The notes under the pieces are model-generated. The model worked only from the letters and a program-made list of their open reading frames with translations. It was not told the origin of the DNA and searched no databases. Of a DNA stretch of 32,000 bases, positions 24,749 through 32,000 are shown one piece after another. The DNA comes from an uncultured Lentisphaeria bacterium (GTDB lineage: Bacteria; Verrucomicrobiota; Lentisphaeria; JABSQK01; JAJFLO01), in NCBI GenBank assembly GCA_951812855.1, contig OX638337.1:1500001-1532000 (forward strand), read 5' to 3'. Position numbers and translations under genes: made by a program. How positions within the stretch are numbered: the first letter of the stretch is position 1; the number at the start of each line of letters is the position of its first letter.

Positions 24749-25888
24749 ATGGTTGATTTTGATTCGGTCATTGATCGTAAAGGCAGTGGAAGTTTGAAGT
24801 GGGATAAATATCTGCATGAAGATATTATTCCAATGTGGGTTGCAGACATGGATTTTCAGGCACCGCAACCTGTGCTGTCTGCACTCAGAGAGCAGATTGA
24901 TTTTGGAGTATTTGGCTATACGCTTCCCCCCGGGGAATTAGTTGAACTTATTTGTACCAGGTTATTTAACCGATATAGCTGGGGCGTAGATCCTGCCTGG
25001 ATAGTTTGGCTTCCAGGGCTGGTCAGCGGACTAAACGCAGCCTGCCGGTCATGTGGACATCCGAAAAGTAAAGTTCTGACATTAACACCTGTTTATCCAC
25101 CTTTTCTATCGGTACCAGCTTATTCAGATCGTGAACTTATTACTGTTCAAATGGAAAATGGTAATGGCCATTGGATCATGCCAATGGATAAAATTCAGGA
25201 TAAACTTTCAGCTGATTCCAAGTTATTTTTACTATGTAATCCACAAAATCCTACCGGTCGTGTATACACTGGAAATGAATTAATAGAAATTTCCAATCTG
25301 TGCTTAAAACATGATCTGATCCTGTGTTCAGACGAAATTCATTGTGACCTGGTTTATGAAGGTCATAAGCATATTCCAATTGCATCTCTGAATTCTGAAA
25401 TTTCAGAAAGATCAATTACGTTAATGTCACCTGGCAAAACGTTTAACATTCCTGGGCTGGGATGCTCTTTTGCTATAATACCAAATCGCTCACTCAGGTC
25501 TCAATTTTGTAAAATTAAAAAGGGAATAGTACCGGACATTAATATACTGGGATATACTGCAGGGCTCGCGTGTTATAAGTATGGTGAACCATGGGTAAAT
25601 GAATTATTAGACTATTTAACTCAAAATCGCGATTTTGTTTTTAAGACATTTAATCAAGACATTAACGGTACATCGTTAAATCAAATTGAGGGCACCTACC
25701 TCGCCTGGATAGACATTAGAAATCTCAATGTAAAAAACACCTATGATTTTTTCTACAAACATGGCGTTGGCGTTTCTGACGGAGTTTATTTTGGAAACAA
25801 CGGATTTTTCCGCTTAAATTTTGGTTGCCCAAAATCAATATTGGAAAAGGGGATAGAACGAATTAAACACGCAATCGATTCAATTTAG
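24749..25888 (+). CDS. patB: PLP-dependent C-S lyase / cystathionine beta-lyase of the PatB/MalY aminotransferase class I/II family
   Basis: N-terminal DRKGSGSLKWD signature. CNPQNPTGRVY. The PLP-lysine motif is SPGKTFNIPG. 379 aa. Confidence 0.85.
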   Translation: MVDFDSVIDRKGSGSLKWDKYLHEDIIPMWVADMDFQAPQPVLSALREQIDFGVFGYTLPPGELVELICTRLFNRYSWGVDPAWIVWLPGLVSGLNAACRSCGHPKSKVLTLTPVYPPFLSVPAYSDRELITVQMENGNGHWIMPMDKIQDKLSADSKLFLLCNPQNPTGRVYTGNELIEISNLCLKHDLILCSDEIHCDLVYEGHKHIPIASLNSEISERSITLMSPGKTFNIPGLGCSFAIIPNRSLRSQFCKIKKGIVPDINILGYTAGLACYKYGEPWVNELLDYLTQNRDFVFKTFNQDINGTSLNQIEGTYLAWIDIRNLNVKNTYDFFYKHGVGVSDGVYFGNNGFFRLNFGCPKSILEKGIERIKHAIDSI

Positions 25889-25934
25889 CCGCAACGTCTA
25901 TAGACTTTAGACTGCATCTGCAAATTGCCATTTT

Positions 25935-27164
25935 TTACATAATTCTTTGCTTGCCAAATTCACGTCGATTAAAAAGTATTAAGGAAAATAGCAGTAGGAA
26001 TCCACCATACAAGATGAAATAGATAAATCCGTAAACGATATAGAAGGTGGGAATTGTCTTTTCAGCCGAAAGTGCATCAGCCATCCAGAATAAATGCCAA
26101 TTGGGAATTACAGAATGAATGATCTCCATAATTATCTGCTTTGAATTAAAGATAATTACGGACAAACCCCCCATAATCATAGTCATAAAATCCATTAATC
26201 GGCTTTTACCAACAAAAGACATTAGAACACCGAAAAAGAACAGTATCCCGAAAATAAGGTAATAATGATACGTTTGAATTTGAAATTTTCGCTCATTTCC
26301 CCGGTACATTTTTAAACTGAAAATCCCTGCAAATCCAAGAAGACATACAAGAAAAAACGGCCATAACAATAAAACGTTTTTAATTTCATAGAGTTCGAGA
26401 TTGACAATTTTAAAATAGAAATAATCGGACATTAACCCTGTTGTAAAAACAATCCCGCACAACACCATATTAACAAACAAATTAAAACAGATAGAGAATA
26501 TGACTGAAAACAATCCCATAATGTATATTGCGAACAGGATTAAAATAAGTGCATGTATTAACTGCAACGCATAGTATTTATCGGAAACTGATCCGAATAT
26601 CTTCAACTCCGTTAGATAATGAATTAGAAGGCATGTAAATGAGACCCCCAATAAAACCGCTGATGCCTCAGAAAATGATCGTTTCGTAAAATAATTTATC
26701 ATACCTCCGATAATACATGAACTGCCTATTATGGCGTAATAAAGGAAAAATGTTGACCGGTCAATATTAAATTGATCAGGACCTGCTGTTTTTATCGCTA
26801 ATAATACTCCTGTCCCGCAAATCCATGTAAACAAAGACAGTACTGCAAGCAATCCGATTATTTTTGAACTGATAAACATGAATGCATTTATCGGTTTTGA
26901 TAATACTAGAAGCACTGTACCTGATTCGATTTCTCTGGATATTGAAAGACCGGAGCATAATACCGCCATAATCCATCCGAAAACTAAAATGACCGCCAGA
27001 GAACCATCTGTGACCAATTTTATATGTTCACTAAAAACAAACAGCGAAATAACAGGTTGCAGACCTATAAGGAAGAGAGAGAATAGAAGGATTGCTGCAA
27101 ATACAGGCTGTCTGAGGCATTCGCGAAAGGTATGAATCGCTAAATGAGCAGTTGCCGGAATCAT
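25935..27164 (-). CDS. Polytopic membrane protein, ABC-2-type permease-like
   Basis: 409 aa with about 10 hydrophobic helices. The N-terminus AIHTFRECLRQPVFAAILLF resembles ABC-2/NosY-like permease starts. There is no adjacent ATPase gene. Confidence 0.55.
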   Translation of the reverse strand: MIPATAHLAIHTFRECLRQPVFAAILLFSLFLIGLQPVISLFVFSEHIKLVTDGSLAVILVFGWIMAVLCSGLSISREIESGTVLLVLSKPINAFMFISSKIIGLLAVLSLFTWICGTGVLLAIKTAGPDQFNIDRSTFFLYYAIIGSSCIIGGMINYFTKRSFSEASAVLLGVSFTCLLIHYLTELKIFGSVSDKYYALQLIHALILILFAIYIMGLFSVIFSICFNLFVNMVLCGIVFTTGLMSDYFYFKIVNLELYEIKNVLLLWPFFLVCLLGFAGIFSLKMYRGNERKFQIQTYHYYLIFGILFFFGVLMSFVGKSRLMDFMTMIMGGLSVIIFNSKQIIMEIIHSVIPNWHLFWMADALSAEKTIPTFYIVYGFIYFILYGGFLLLFSLILFNRREFGKQRIM

Positions 27165-27198
27165 TATTTAGAAAATGAAAATAATTCAGATTAGTTTT

Positions 27199-27798
27199 TT
27201 ATTCAGATTTCCAAAACTTGTCTTTAGTTATAAATCCGCGATACGACTCTGTCGTGGGAGGCGGTTTAATCTGACCTTTAGAATCCAGCTGATTCAAAAG
27301 TATCAAATAATTCAATTCCAAGTTTCTCAACCGAAGCATGTCTCCGGCAGCTCGAGCGATTAATTCCCAATTACTTCCCGGGATCAACCAGGTACCTGCC
27401 ACATCTTTAATACGATCAATGTATTGAGTCGGTGCATATCGTTCGTCTCCTAAAAACAATACATTCTTAGGTTGAAGAAAATCAATAAACCGCAGAAAAT
27501 CTTTCTCATTCATCTCATCAGATTCATGCGTGGGGAGAAGAAAAAACATTTTGTCCTTTTCACTTCCTGTAGGTAATAGCAAGATCGGCTGATTGGTTTC
27601 ATATTGTATCAAATCTGCAAGTAGTTTTGACTTAACATAATTCGTGGTTACAATAAGAATATCAACCCTTTTGGCTTTCTTGCTGTTAAACAATGGCCAG
27701 GATTTTGGATTGTACCATTGTGCGTCGACTGTTGTGATCATGGAAACGGAAAGCAATATCACCGTGAAGAAGAAAAATCGTTTAAAAAGAAATGTCAT
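27199..27798 (-). CDS. Secreted hypothetical protein (weak resemblance to a cell-wall-binding-repeat-2-like Rossmannoid module)
   Basis: Signal peptide MTFLFKRFFFFTVILLSVSMITTVDAQ. The pattern VDILIVTT..LADLIQYETNQPILLLP...NVLFLGDERY is CWB2-like by eye only. Confidence 0.5.
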   Translation of the reverse strand: MTFLFKRFFFFTVILLSVSMITTVDAQWYNPKSWPLFNSKKAKRVDILIVTTNYVKSKLLADLIQYETNQPILLLPTGSEKDKMFFLLPTHESDEMNEKDFLRFIDFLQPKNVLFLGDERYAPTQYIDRIKDVAGTWLIPGSNWELIARAAGDMLRLRNLELNYLILLNQLDSKGQIKPPPTTESYRGFITKDKFWKSE

Positions 27799-27905
27799 GA
27801 TAATTTTTCCTTAAGAACCTAATATTGGATAATTATATTGTTTATTGTATACAGACAGAAGTTTATGCATGTTGCCAAATAAGTCAAATTAAAGGTCGCA
27901 AATTT

Positions 27906-28829
27906 ATGGAGATTTACTCAATGACTAAATTAATTCCATATTTTAATCCTAAACAAAATTCATTTTCTCGTGTTGCTGTCTTTTTAAGCGGAAGTGGTAC
28001 AAATGCTGAAAAAATTTTAAATCACTGGAATACATACGATAAAAATTTTTATGACATTAACTTAATTTTTACTGATCGGCCTGTCACCAGTAACGCAAAA
28101 AAAATATCAGAGAAATTCAGCATAAAATTTGTTGGAAATGATATTCGGAAGTTCTATTTGGAGCGAGGGTGTAAACGCCTGACAATAGGAACTCCCGAAG
28201 GGAAAAAGATTCGGGAAGAATGGACAAACAGTATTCGGGAACAATTAAAACCGCATGCAATCGATTTTGCTTTATTTGCCGGCTTTATCCCCTTGACCAA
28301 TCTAACAGCTGACTTCCCATGTCTCAATGTTCACCCCGGTGATTTAACCTATCTAAAAAACGATAAACGACATCTGGTCGGATTACATACTATACCGATA
28401 GAATTGGCAATTTTAGAAGGTCTTAATTATTTACGTTCGAGTGTTATAATTGCAAAACCATATTTTGAGTCCGAAGATAATATGGACAACGGCCCAGTTT
28501 TAGGTATATCTGAAAAAGTAAATATTAACTTGATGGGTTCAAATCTCGATGAATTAAAAAAAGTATATGCAAGCCGTCCGTCTCTTCGACCCAAAAATGG
28601 TTATCAGGATTCACTTGAAAAAATTTCTGCAGTAAACCAGGAATCTCTCAAAATTAATGGCGACTGGATTGTTTTCCCTCGTGTCGTCTCGGACTTTGCA
28701 AAAGGGAATTATGCACATGATAAAATGGGGAATCAATATTATAAAAACGAATTTGATGAATGGATAATGATAAAAACCGTTGAATACAGCTCAGATCAAA
28801 AGAAACCGATCTTGACTGATGATGAATGA
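27906..28829 (+). CDS. Formyltransferase family protein (PurN-like N-terminal domain) with insertions and a C-terminal extension
   Basis: VAVFLSGSGTNAEKIL (PurN has VLISGNGSNLQAI), LNVHPGDL (the N-x-H catalytic pair) and DNGPVL (the catalytic Asp region). I chose the ATG at 27906 over the track's TTG at 27825. Confidence 0.65.
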   Translation: MEIYSMTKLIPYFNPKQNSFSRVAVFLSGSGTNAEKILNHWNTYDKNFYDINLIFTDRPVTSNAKKISEKFSIKFVGNDIRKFYLERGCKRLTIGTPEGKKIREEWTNSIREQLKPHAIDFALFAGFIPLTNLTADFPCLNVHPGDLTYLKNDKRHLVGLHTIPIELAILEGLNYLRSSVIIAKPYFESEDNMDNGPVLGISEKVNINLMGSNLDELKKVYASRPSLRPKNGYQDSLEKISAVNQESLKINGDWIVFPRVVSDFAKGNYAHDKMGNQYYKNEFDEWIMIKTVEYSSDQKKPILTDDE

Positions 28830-28970
28830 TGAACTCTTAGTATTATCCAAACTATTATAAAAAATCAGGGTACATTCAAAATTTATTTTCAGGAAACAAC
28901 AGTACAGACTCGGAATAGGGTGATCATACACATTTGGATTATTCATTAATTTAGAATTAGGGAATGAACA

Positions 28971-29561
28971 ATGAATCGCACAGCCGCGGAAGAACGAATT
29001 ACAAAAGAGACTCATATAAAGATAACATTTTGTGTTGACGGAAGTGGAAAGTCCAATATAGACACCGGAATACCATTTATGGATCATATGATGACACTAT
29101 TCGCTAAACATGGATTTTTTGATCTTGAAGTCAAAGCCACAGGTGATTTAGAAATAGATGCACATCATACTGTTGAAGATTTAGGTATTGTTATGGGTAA
29201 GGTTATTCAAAAAGCATTAGGAAATAAAAAAGGGATATGCCGCTATGGTTGTTTTTCGCTGCCAATGGATGACACTCTGGTAAACGTCGCATTGGACCTG
29301 TCCGGCAGACCTTTTTTATCCTATAATGTTAAAACAACTGTTGATCATATTAATGGTATCGGTGTCCGGCTATTCCATGAATTTTTTCAAGCGTTGTCAG
29401 TTAATCTGGCTCTTAATCTTCATATTGATCTGGTCAGAGGCGAAGACGTTCACCATATCCTTGAAGCAATATTTAAAGGGTTCTCTAAAGCACTGGACCG
29501 GGCAACCGGTTTCGATCCAAGGGAAAAGAATGTTCCTTCGACAAAAGGGATGCTCGATTAG
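28971..29561 (+). CDS. hisB: Imidazoleglycerol-phosphate dehydratase
   Basis: RITKETHIKITFCVDGSGKSNIDTGIPFMDHMMTLFAKHG...DAHHTVEDLGI...HHILEAIFK are canonical IGPD motifs. Confidence 0.92.
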   Translation: MNRTAAEERITKETHIKITFCVDGSGKSNIDTGIPFMDHMMTLFAKHGFFDLEVKATGDLEIDAHHTVEDLGIVMGKVIQKALGNKKGICRYGCFSLPMDDTLVNVALDLSGRPFLSYNVKTTVDHINGIGVRLFHEFFQALSVNLALNLHIDLVRGEDVHHILEAIFKGFSKALDRATGFDPREKNVPSTKGMLD

Positions 29562-29606
29562 ACAATGTTGAATTTAATTATCGAAGATTAAAATTGGAAA
29601 CCCACT

Positions 29607-30329
29607 ATGTTCGAGATTATACCGGCAATTGATTTAATAAAGGGACAATGTGTCCGCCTGGAACAGGGTGATTTTAACCGTCAAACAACATATTCTTCAG
29701 ACCCGGTTGATGTTGCTCTTAAATGGGAAAAGCTCGGTGCAAAATTCATTCATATTGTTGATTTGGATGGTGCTAAATCAGGGAGTCTGTCACAATTACC
29801 TTTAATAGAGCAGATATGTTCGAGCACGTCATGTCAATGTGAATTGGGTGGAGGAATTAGATCCTTAAAAGAAATTGAAGGGGCCCTTGAAGCTGGAATA
29901 AACAGGGTGATTTTAGGGACTGTTTTAGCACAGAAACCTGATTTTGCTCAGGAAATCTCTGTCGCATTTGGCCCTGAGTGTATTATTGCAGGAATTGATG
30001 CTCATAATGGCTATATATCAGTTGATGGTTGGCAAACAGATTCCCCGATTAAAGTTTCTGATCTGGCAACGAACCTGTTTAACAGCGGTATCAGGCACTT
30101 CATCTATACAGATATTTCAACAGATGGTATGTTTACCGGTCCAAATATCGAAGGAACAAAAATGTTATGTGAATCCTTCCCTGAGGCAAATTTTATTGCT
30201 TCCGGCGGCGTAGGCTCTAAAGAGCACATTTTAAGTCTGCTTGATCTGAAATTGGAAAATTTGGAAGGAGTAATCGTAGGAAAAGCACTCTACGATGGTC
30301 GTGTCAGCTATAATGAACTTATAACGTAA
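29607..30329 (+). CDS. hisA: ProFAR isomerase (1-(5-phosphoribosyl)-5-[(5-phosphoribosylamino)methylideneamino]imidazole-4-carboxamide isomerase)
   Basis: IIPAIDLIKGQCVRLEQGDF, HIVDLDGA, GGGIRS, YTDISTDGM and SGGVGS are canonical HisA motifs. Confidence 0.92.
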   Translation: MFEIIPAIDLIKGQCVRLEQGDFNRQTTYSSDPVDVALKWEKLGAKFIHIVDLDGAKSGSLSQLPLIEQICSSTSCQCELGGGIRSLKEIEGALEAGINRVILGTVLAQKPDFAQEISVAFGPECIIAGIDAHNGYISVDGWQTDSPIKVSDLATNLFNSGIRHFIYTDISTDGMFTGPNIEGTKMLCESFPEANFIASGGVGSKEHILSLLDLKLENLEGVIVGKALYDGRVSYNELIT

Positions 30330-30426
30330 GTTTAGACAGGTATGATTTTCGTTGCCTGTCACCTGGCAAACCACAACTGCTGTCTTTATCAATGTTTTGT
30401 ATTTAAATAAATATTAAAAAAACATT

Positions 30427-30455
30427 CGCGTTTATGTGCAAACGCGGTTTTTATT
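30427..30455 (+). terminator. Rho-independent terminator downstream of hisA (A-tract upstream, so potentially bidirectional)
   Basis: CGCGTTT (30427-30433), loop ATGTGC, AAACGCG (30440-30446), then GTTTTTATT. An A7 run lies immediately upstream (30415-30421). Confidence 0.6.
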
Positions 30456-30514
30456 CTTGACAGATTGCAGTTGATTCACTATTGATATTGTAAAAGGAAT
30501 AACCTAAGGCTGTC

Positions 30515-31327
30515 TTGACTAAACAAATTATGTATGACTTTTGTAAAATTACAATAAACGAGATTATTAAGGTTAACTGTAAAGGGGATAAAACTCTCGG
30601 CCTGAAGAAAAATGATTATTGCATTGTCAGTCGAAACAATTGCGAAGACTATGGCCGGGTAACTTATATAGGAAGTATTCCTTCTGAGATTTCGTTAAAA
30701 GATCTAAGGTCGATCAAACGGCGTGCCACGCTGGTTGATCAGGGAAGAGCTCACGAAAATAGTGTTCGAAGTAAATCATTCCACAGAACCGCACAGGAGA
30801 AAATAAAGAGTTATAATTTCCCTATGAAACTCATCGCAACTCACTATTCGTTTGACCAGAGTTTGGTCAGCTTTATTTTTACGTCACCTACGCGGATAGA
30901 CTATCGTGATTTAGCAAAAGATCTTAATAATACTCTTAATTTAAAGGTTGAGCTTAAACAACTTGGTCCCAGGGACTATGCCAGCTTAATCGGCGGGGTT
31001 GAAACCTGCGGCAGAACATTGTGCTGTTCAGCATTTTTAACAAATTTTGTGAGTATTAATATGAAAATGGCCAAAGATCAGGGACTGTCACTTAATCCTT
31101 CGAATATCATAGGTGCCTGTGGTCGTTTAAAATGCTGCCTTTCGTTTGAGCATGAAGGATATAAGTCGTTGATGAAAACAATACCCCAAAATGGTTCTAA
31201 ATGTGATTGCCAGGGATGTGAAGGTAAAATCATAGAAGGAAATGCACTAAAACAAACTGTAAAAGTTTCATTAAATGGTGGTAATAAAATCGTATCAGTT
31301 CCGGTCTCTGAAATAGTTCTAAAATAA
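30515..31327 (+). CDS. PSP1 domain protein (YaaT/RicT-like)
   Basis: PSP1 C-terminal region with the Cys cluster CGRTLCCSAF...CGRLKCCLSFEHEGY. A TTG start at 30515 is preceded by TAAGG. The alternative ATG at 30530 lacks any SD. Confidence 0.85.
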   Translation: MTKQIMYDFCKITINEIIKVNCKGDKTLGLKKNDYCIVSRNNCEDYGRVTYIGSIPSEISLKDLRSIKRRATLVDQGRAHENSVRSKSFHRTAQEKIKSYNFPMKLIATHYSFDQSLVSFIFTSPTRIDYRDLAKDLNNTLNLKVELKQLGPRDYASLIGGVETCGRTLCCSAFLTNFVSINMKMAKDQGLSLNPSNIIGACGRLKCCLSFEHEGYKSLMKTIPQNGSKCDCQGCEGKIIEGNALKQTVKVSLNGGNKIVSVPVSEIVLK

Positions 31328-31621
31328 ACAGGCCTTTAACATCGCAGTATTGGGTGGTCCCTTTCACATAGTTCATTTTTTAGTGATTTTTATCGGTTTA
31401 CGAATAGAAATGGCTATTGAATTTCTAAACACTGCCTTTTTCTGAGTCCGGTATAAGCTATTGATGCCAATGTAATCCCCGCCAATATTAATAAGGCAAA
31501 TTCAAGATATCACAAATCCGTTGACGCGTTTAGAAATTTTATTATACGAGGGAGTTGTTTTACAATCATCCGTACAAGCAGGAACCCGGGAACTAATTCA
31601 GTGGAGAAAAATACCCAGACC

Positions 31622-32000
31622 GTGTCGCCTGATCGAAATGATACAGGACTGCTTCAGCGAATAACCGGTATATTCATTTTTTTTATCATTTCCATCTGTC
31701 CACTAAAATTTGGGTCTGTCATAAATAATACAGGCACAGGCATATATCCATTATCTATCCATGAATGGGTATTCTCGATATGGCCTCCTGTCCTCACATG
31801 TTTATTTTCCAGTATTGCACTTCTCTTATCATTGATGTCCAACAAGTTAAGCATCGTGATGATTTTGAAAAATACAATGGTACTTATTCTACCTTTCTTT
31901 CTTCTTTTCTGCACTACATTTATTGGTATCATTAATTCGTCTGAACGAGACTATACTATAATTTTTATTTGGCATATGTTGAGTGCTGTAAATTTCTTAT
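31622..32000 (+). CDS. Polytopic membrane protein, N-terminal part running off the window (possibly O-antigen-ligase/Wzy-like; weak)
   Basis: The frame is open from 31457 to the window end and is absent from the track because it has no stop. The translation is ...GLLQRITGIFIFFIISICPLKFGSVINNTGTGIYPLSIHEWVFSIWPPVLTCLFSSIALLL.... Candidate starts are GTG 31622, GTG 31601 and TTG 31556. It displaces the antisense ORF 31654-31932. Confidence 0.45.
   Translation, partial: MSPDRNDTGLLQRITGIFIFFIISICPLKFGSVINNTGTGIYPLSIHEWVFSIWPPVLTCLFSSIALLLSLMSNKLSIVMILKNTMVLILPFFLLFCTTFIGIINSSERDYTIIFIWHMLSAVNFL

Noticed and set aside
26776-27363. Track ORFs 26776-26976(-), 26878-27135(+) and 27175-27363(+)
   Set aside because: They are nested in, or antisense to, the permease-like gene and the secreted-protein gene.
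28791-30213. Track ORFs 28791-29087(-), 29326-29571(+) and 29944-30213(+); also the hisB-hisA adjacency without hisH
   Set aside because: The ORFs are alternative-frame or antisense shadows of hisB and hisA. The his gene order varies widely among bacteria, so the missing hisH/hisF here is not remarkable by itself.
30457-30485. Perfect TTGACA (30457-30462) as a promoter for the PSP1 gene
   Set aside because: At 17-nt spacing the -10 candidate is TATTGA, which lacks the conserved final T. Other candidates have 18-21 nt spacing. It is too weak to list as a feature, though a promoter somewhere in 30456-30514 is likely.
31654-31932. 92-codon minus-strand ORF near the window end
   Set aside because: The plus strand carries an uninterrupted frame encoding convincing TM helices that runs off the window, so the minus ORF is its antisense shadow.
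1-32000. Scan for CRISPR arrays, tandem repeats, IS elements or terminal inverted repeats, integrases, toxin-antitoxin pairs and alternative genetic code
   Set aside because: I saw no regularly spaced direct repeats and no transposase, integrase or recombinase motifs. There is no duplicated tRNA 3' fragment that would mark an integration site. TGA, TAA and TGG usage in the well-supported genes is consistent with the standard bacterial code. The short GACAGG/CCTGTC inverted repeats at about 9858-9900 and 30338-30356 are too short and too few to call a repeat family.

Overview
AT-rich bacterial chromosomal segment (G+C judged by eye at mid-30s %, not computed). I found no rRNA, CRISPR array, transposase, integrase or obvious prophage genes. 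Most recognisable genes are housekeeping and lie on both strands. In order they are: an Era/Der-type GTPase 5' end, a PduO-type corrinoid adenosyltransferase, a same-strand redox cluster, a decayed acetolactate-synthase-like pseudogene, DinB, a SprT-like/DUF2786 protein, MenH, an AT-hook DNA-binding protein, a UshA-like 5'-nucleotidase and a type I-beta DAHP synthase. These are followed by a lone Upf1/Dna2-like SF1 helicase with a ~400 aa unassigned N-terminus, UvrC, one tRNA(CAU), a fatty-acid hydroxylase family protein, ComEC, a PatB/MalY C-S lyase, an ABC-2-like permease, a secreted protein, a PurN-like formyltransferase, HisB, HisA, a PSP1/RicT protein and the 5' end of a polytopic membrane protein. 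The redox cluster comprises a small ORF, a TRASH/zinc-ribbon membrane protein, an NAD(P)H-flavoprotein fused to a NapH/CcoG-like membrane polyferredoxin, DUF547 and an exported MsrA. The CDSs I accept sum to about 24 kb of 32 kb, which is low coding density, and there are nine spacers over 300 bp. I do not see a clear multi-gene defence or mobile system. The items I would look at again are: (i) the 1.1 kb non-coding stretch 17392-18495, which holds a G24 homopolymer and a ~140 nt, ~61% G+C island with nested long-range complementarity (candidate structured RNA, foreign remnant or assembly artefact); (ii) the TRASH / flavo-polyferredoxin / DUF547 / MsrA cluster as a possible NAD(P)H-to-periplasm electron conduit; (iii) the orphan helicase; (iv) the AT-hook protein; (v) several frame disruptions that sit in short homopolymers. 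All functional calls come from motif recognition by eye, with no database search.
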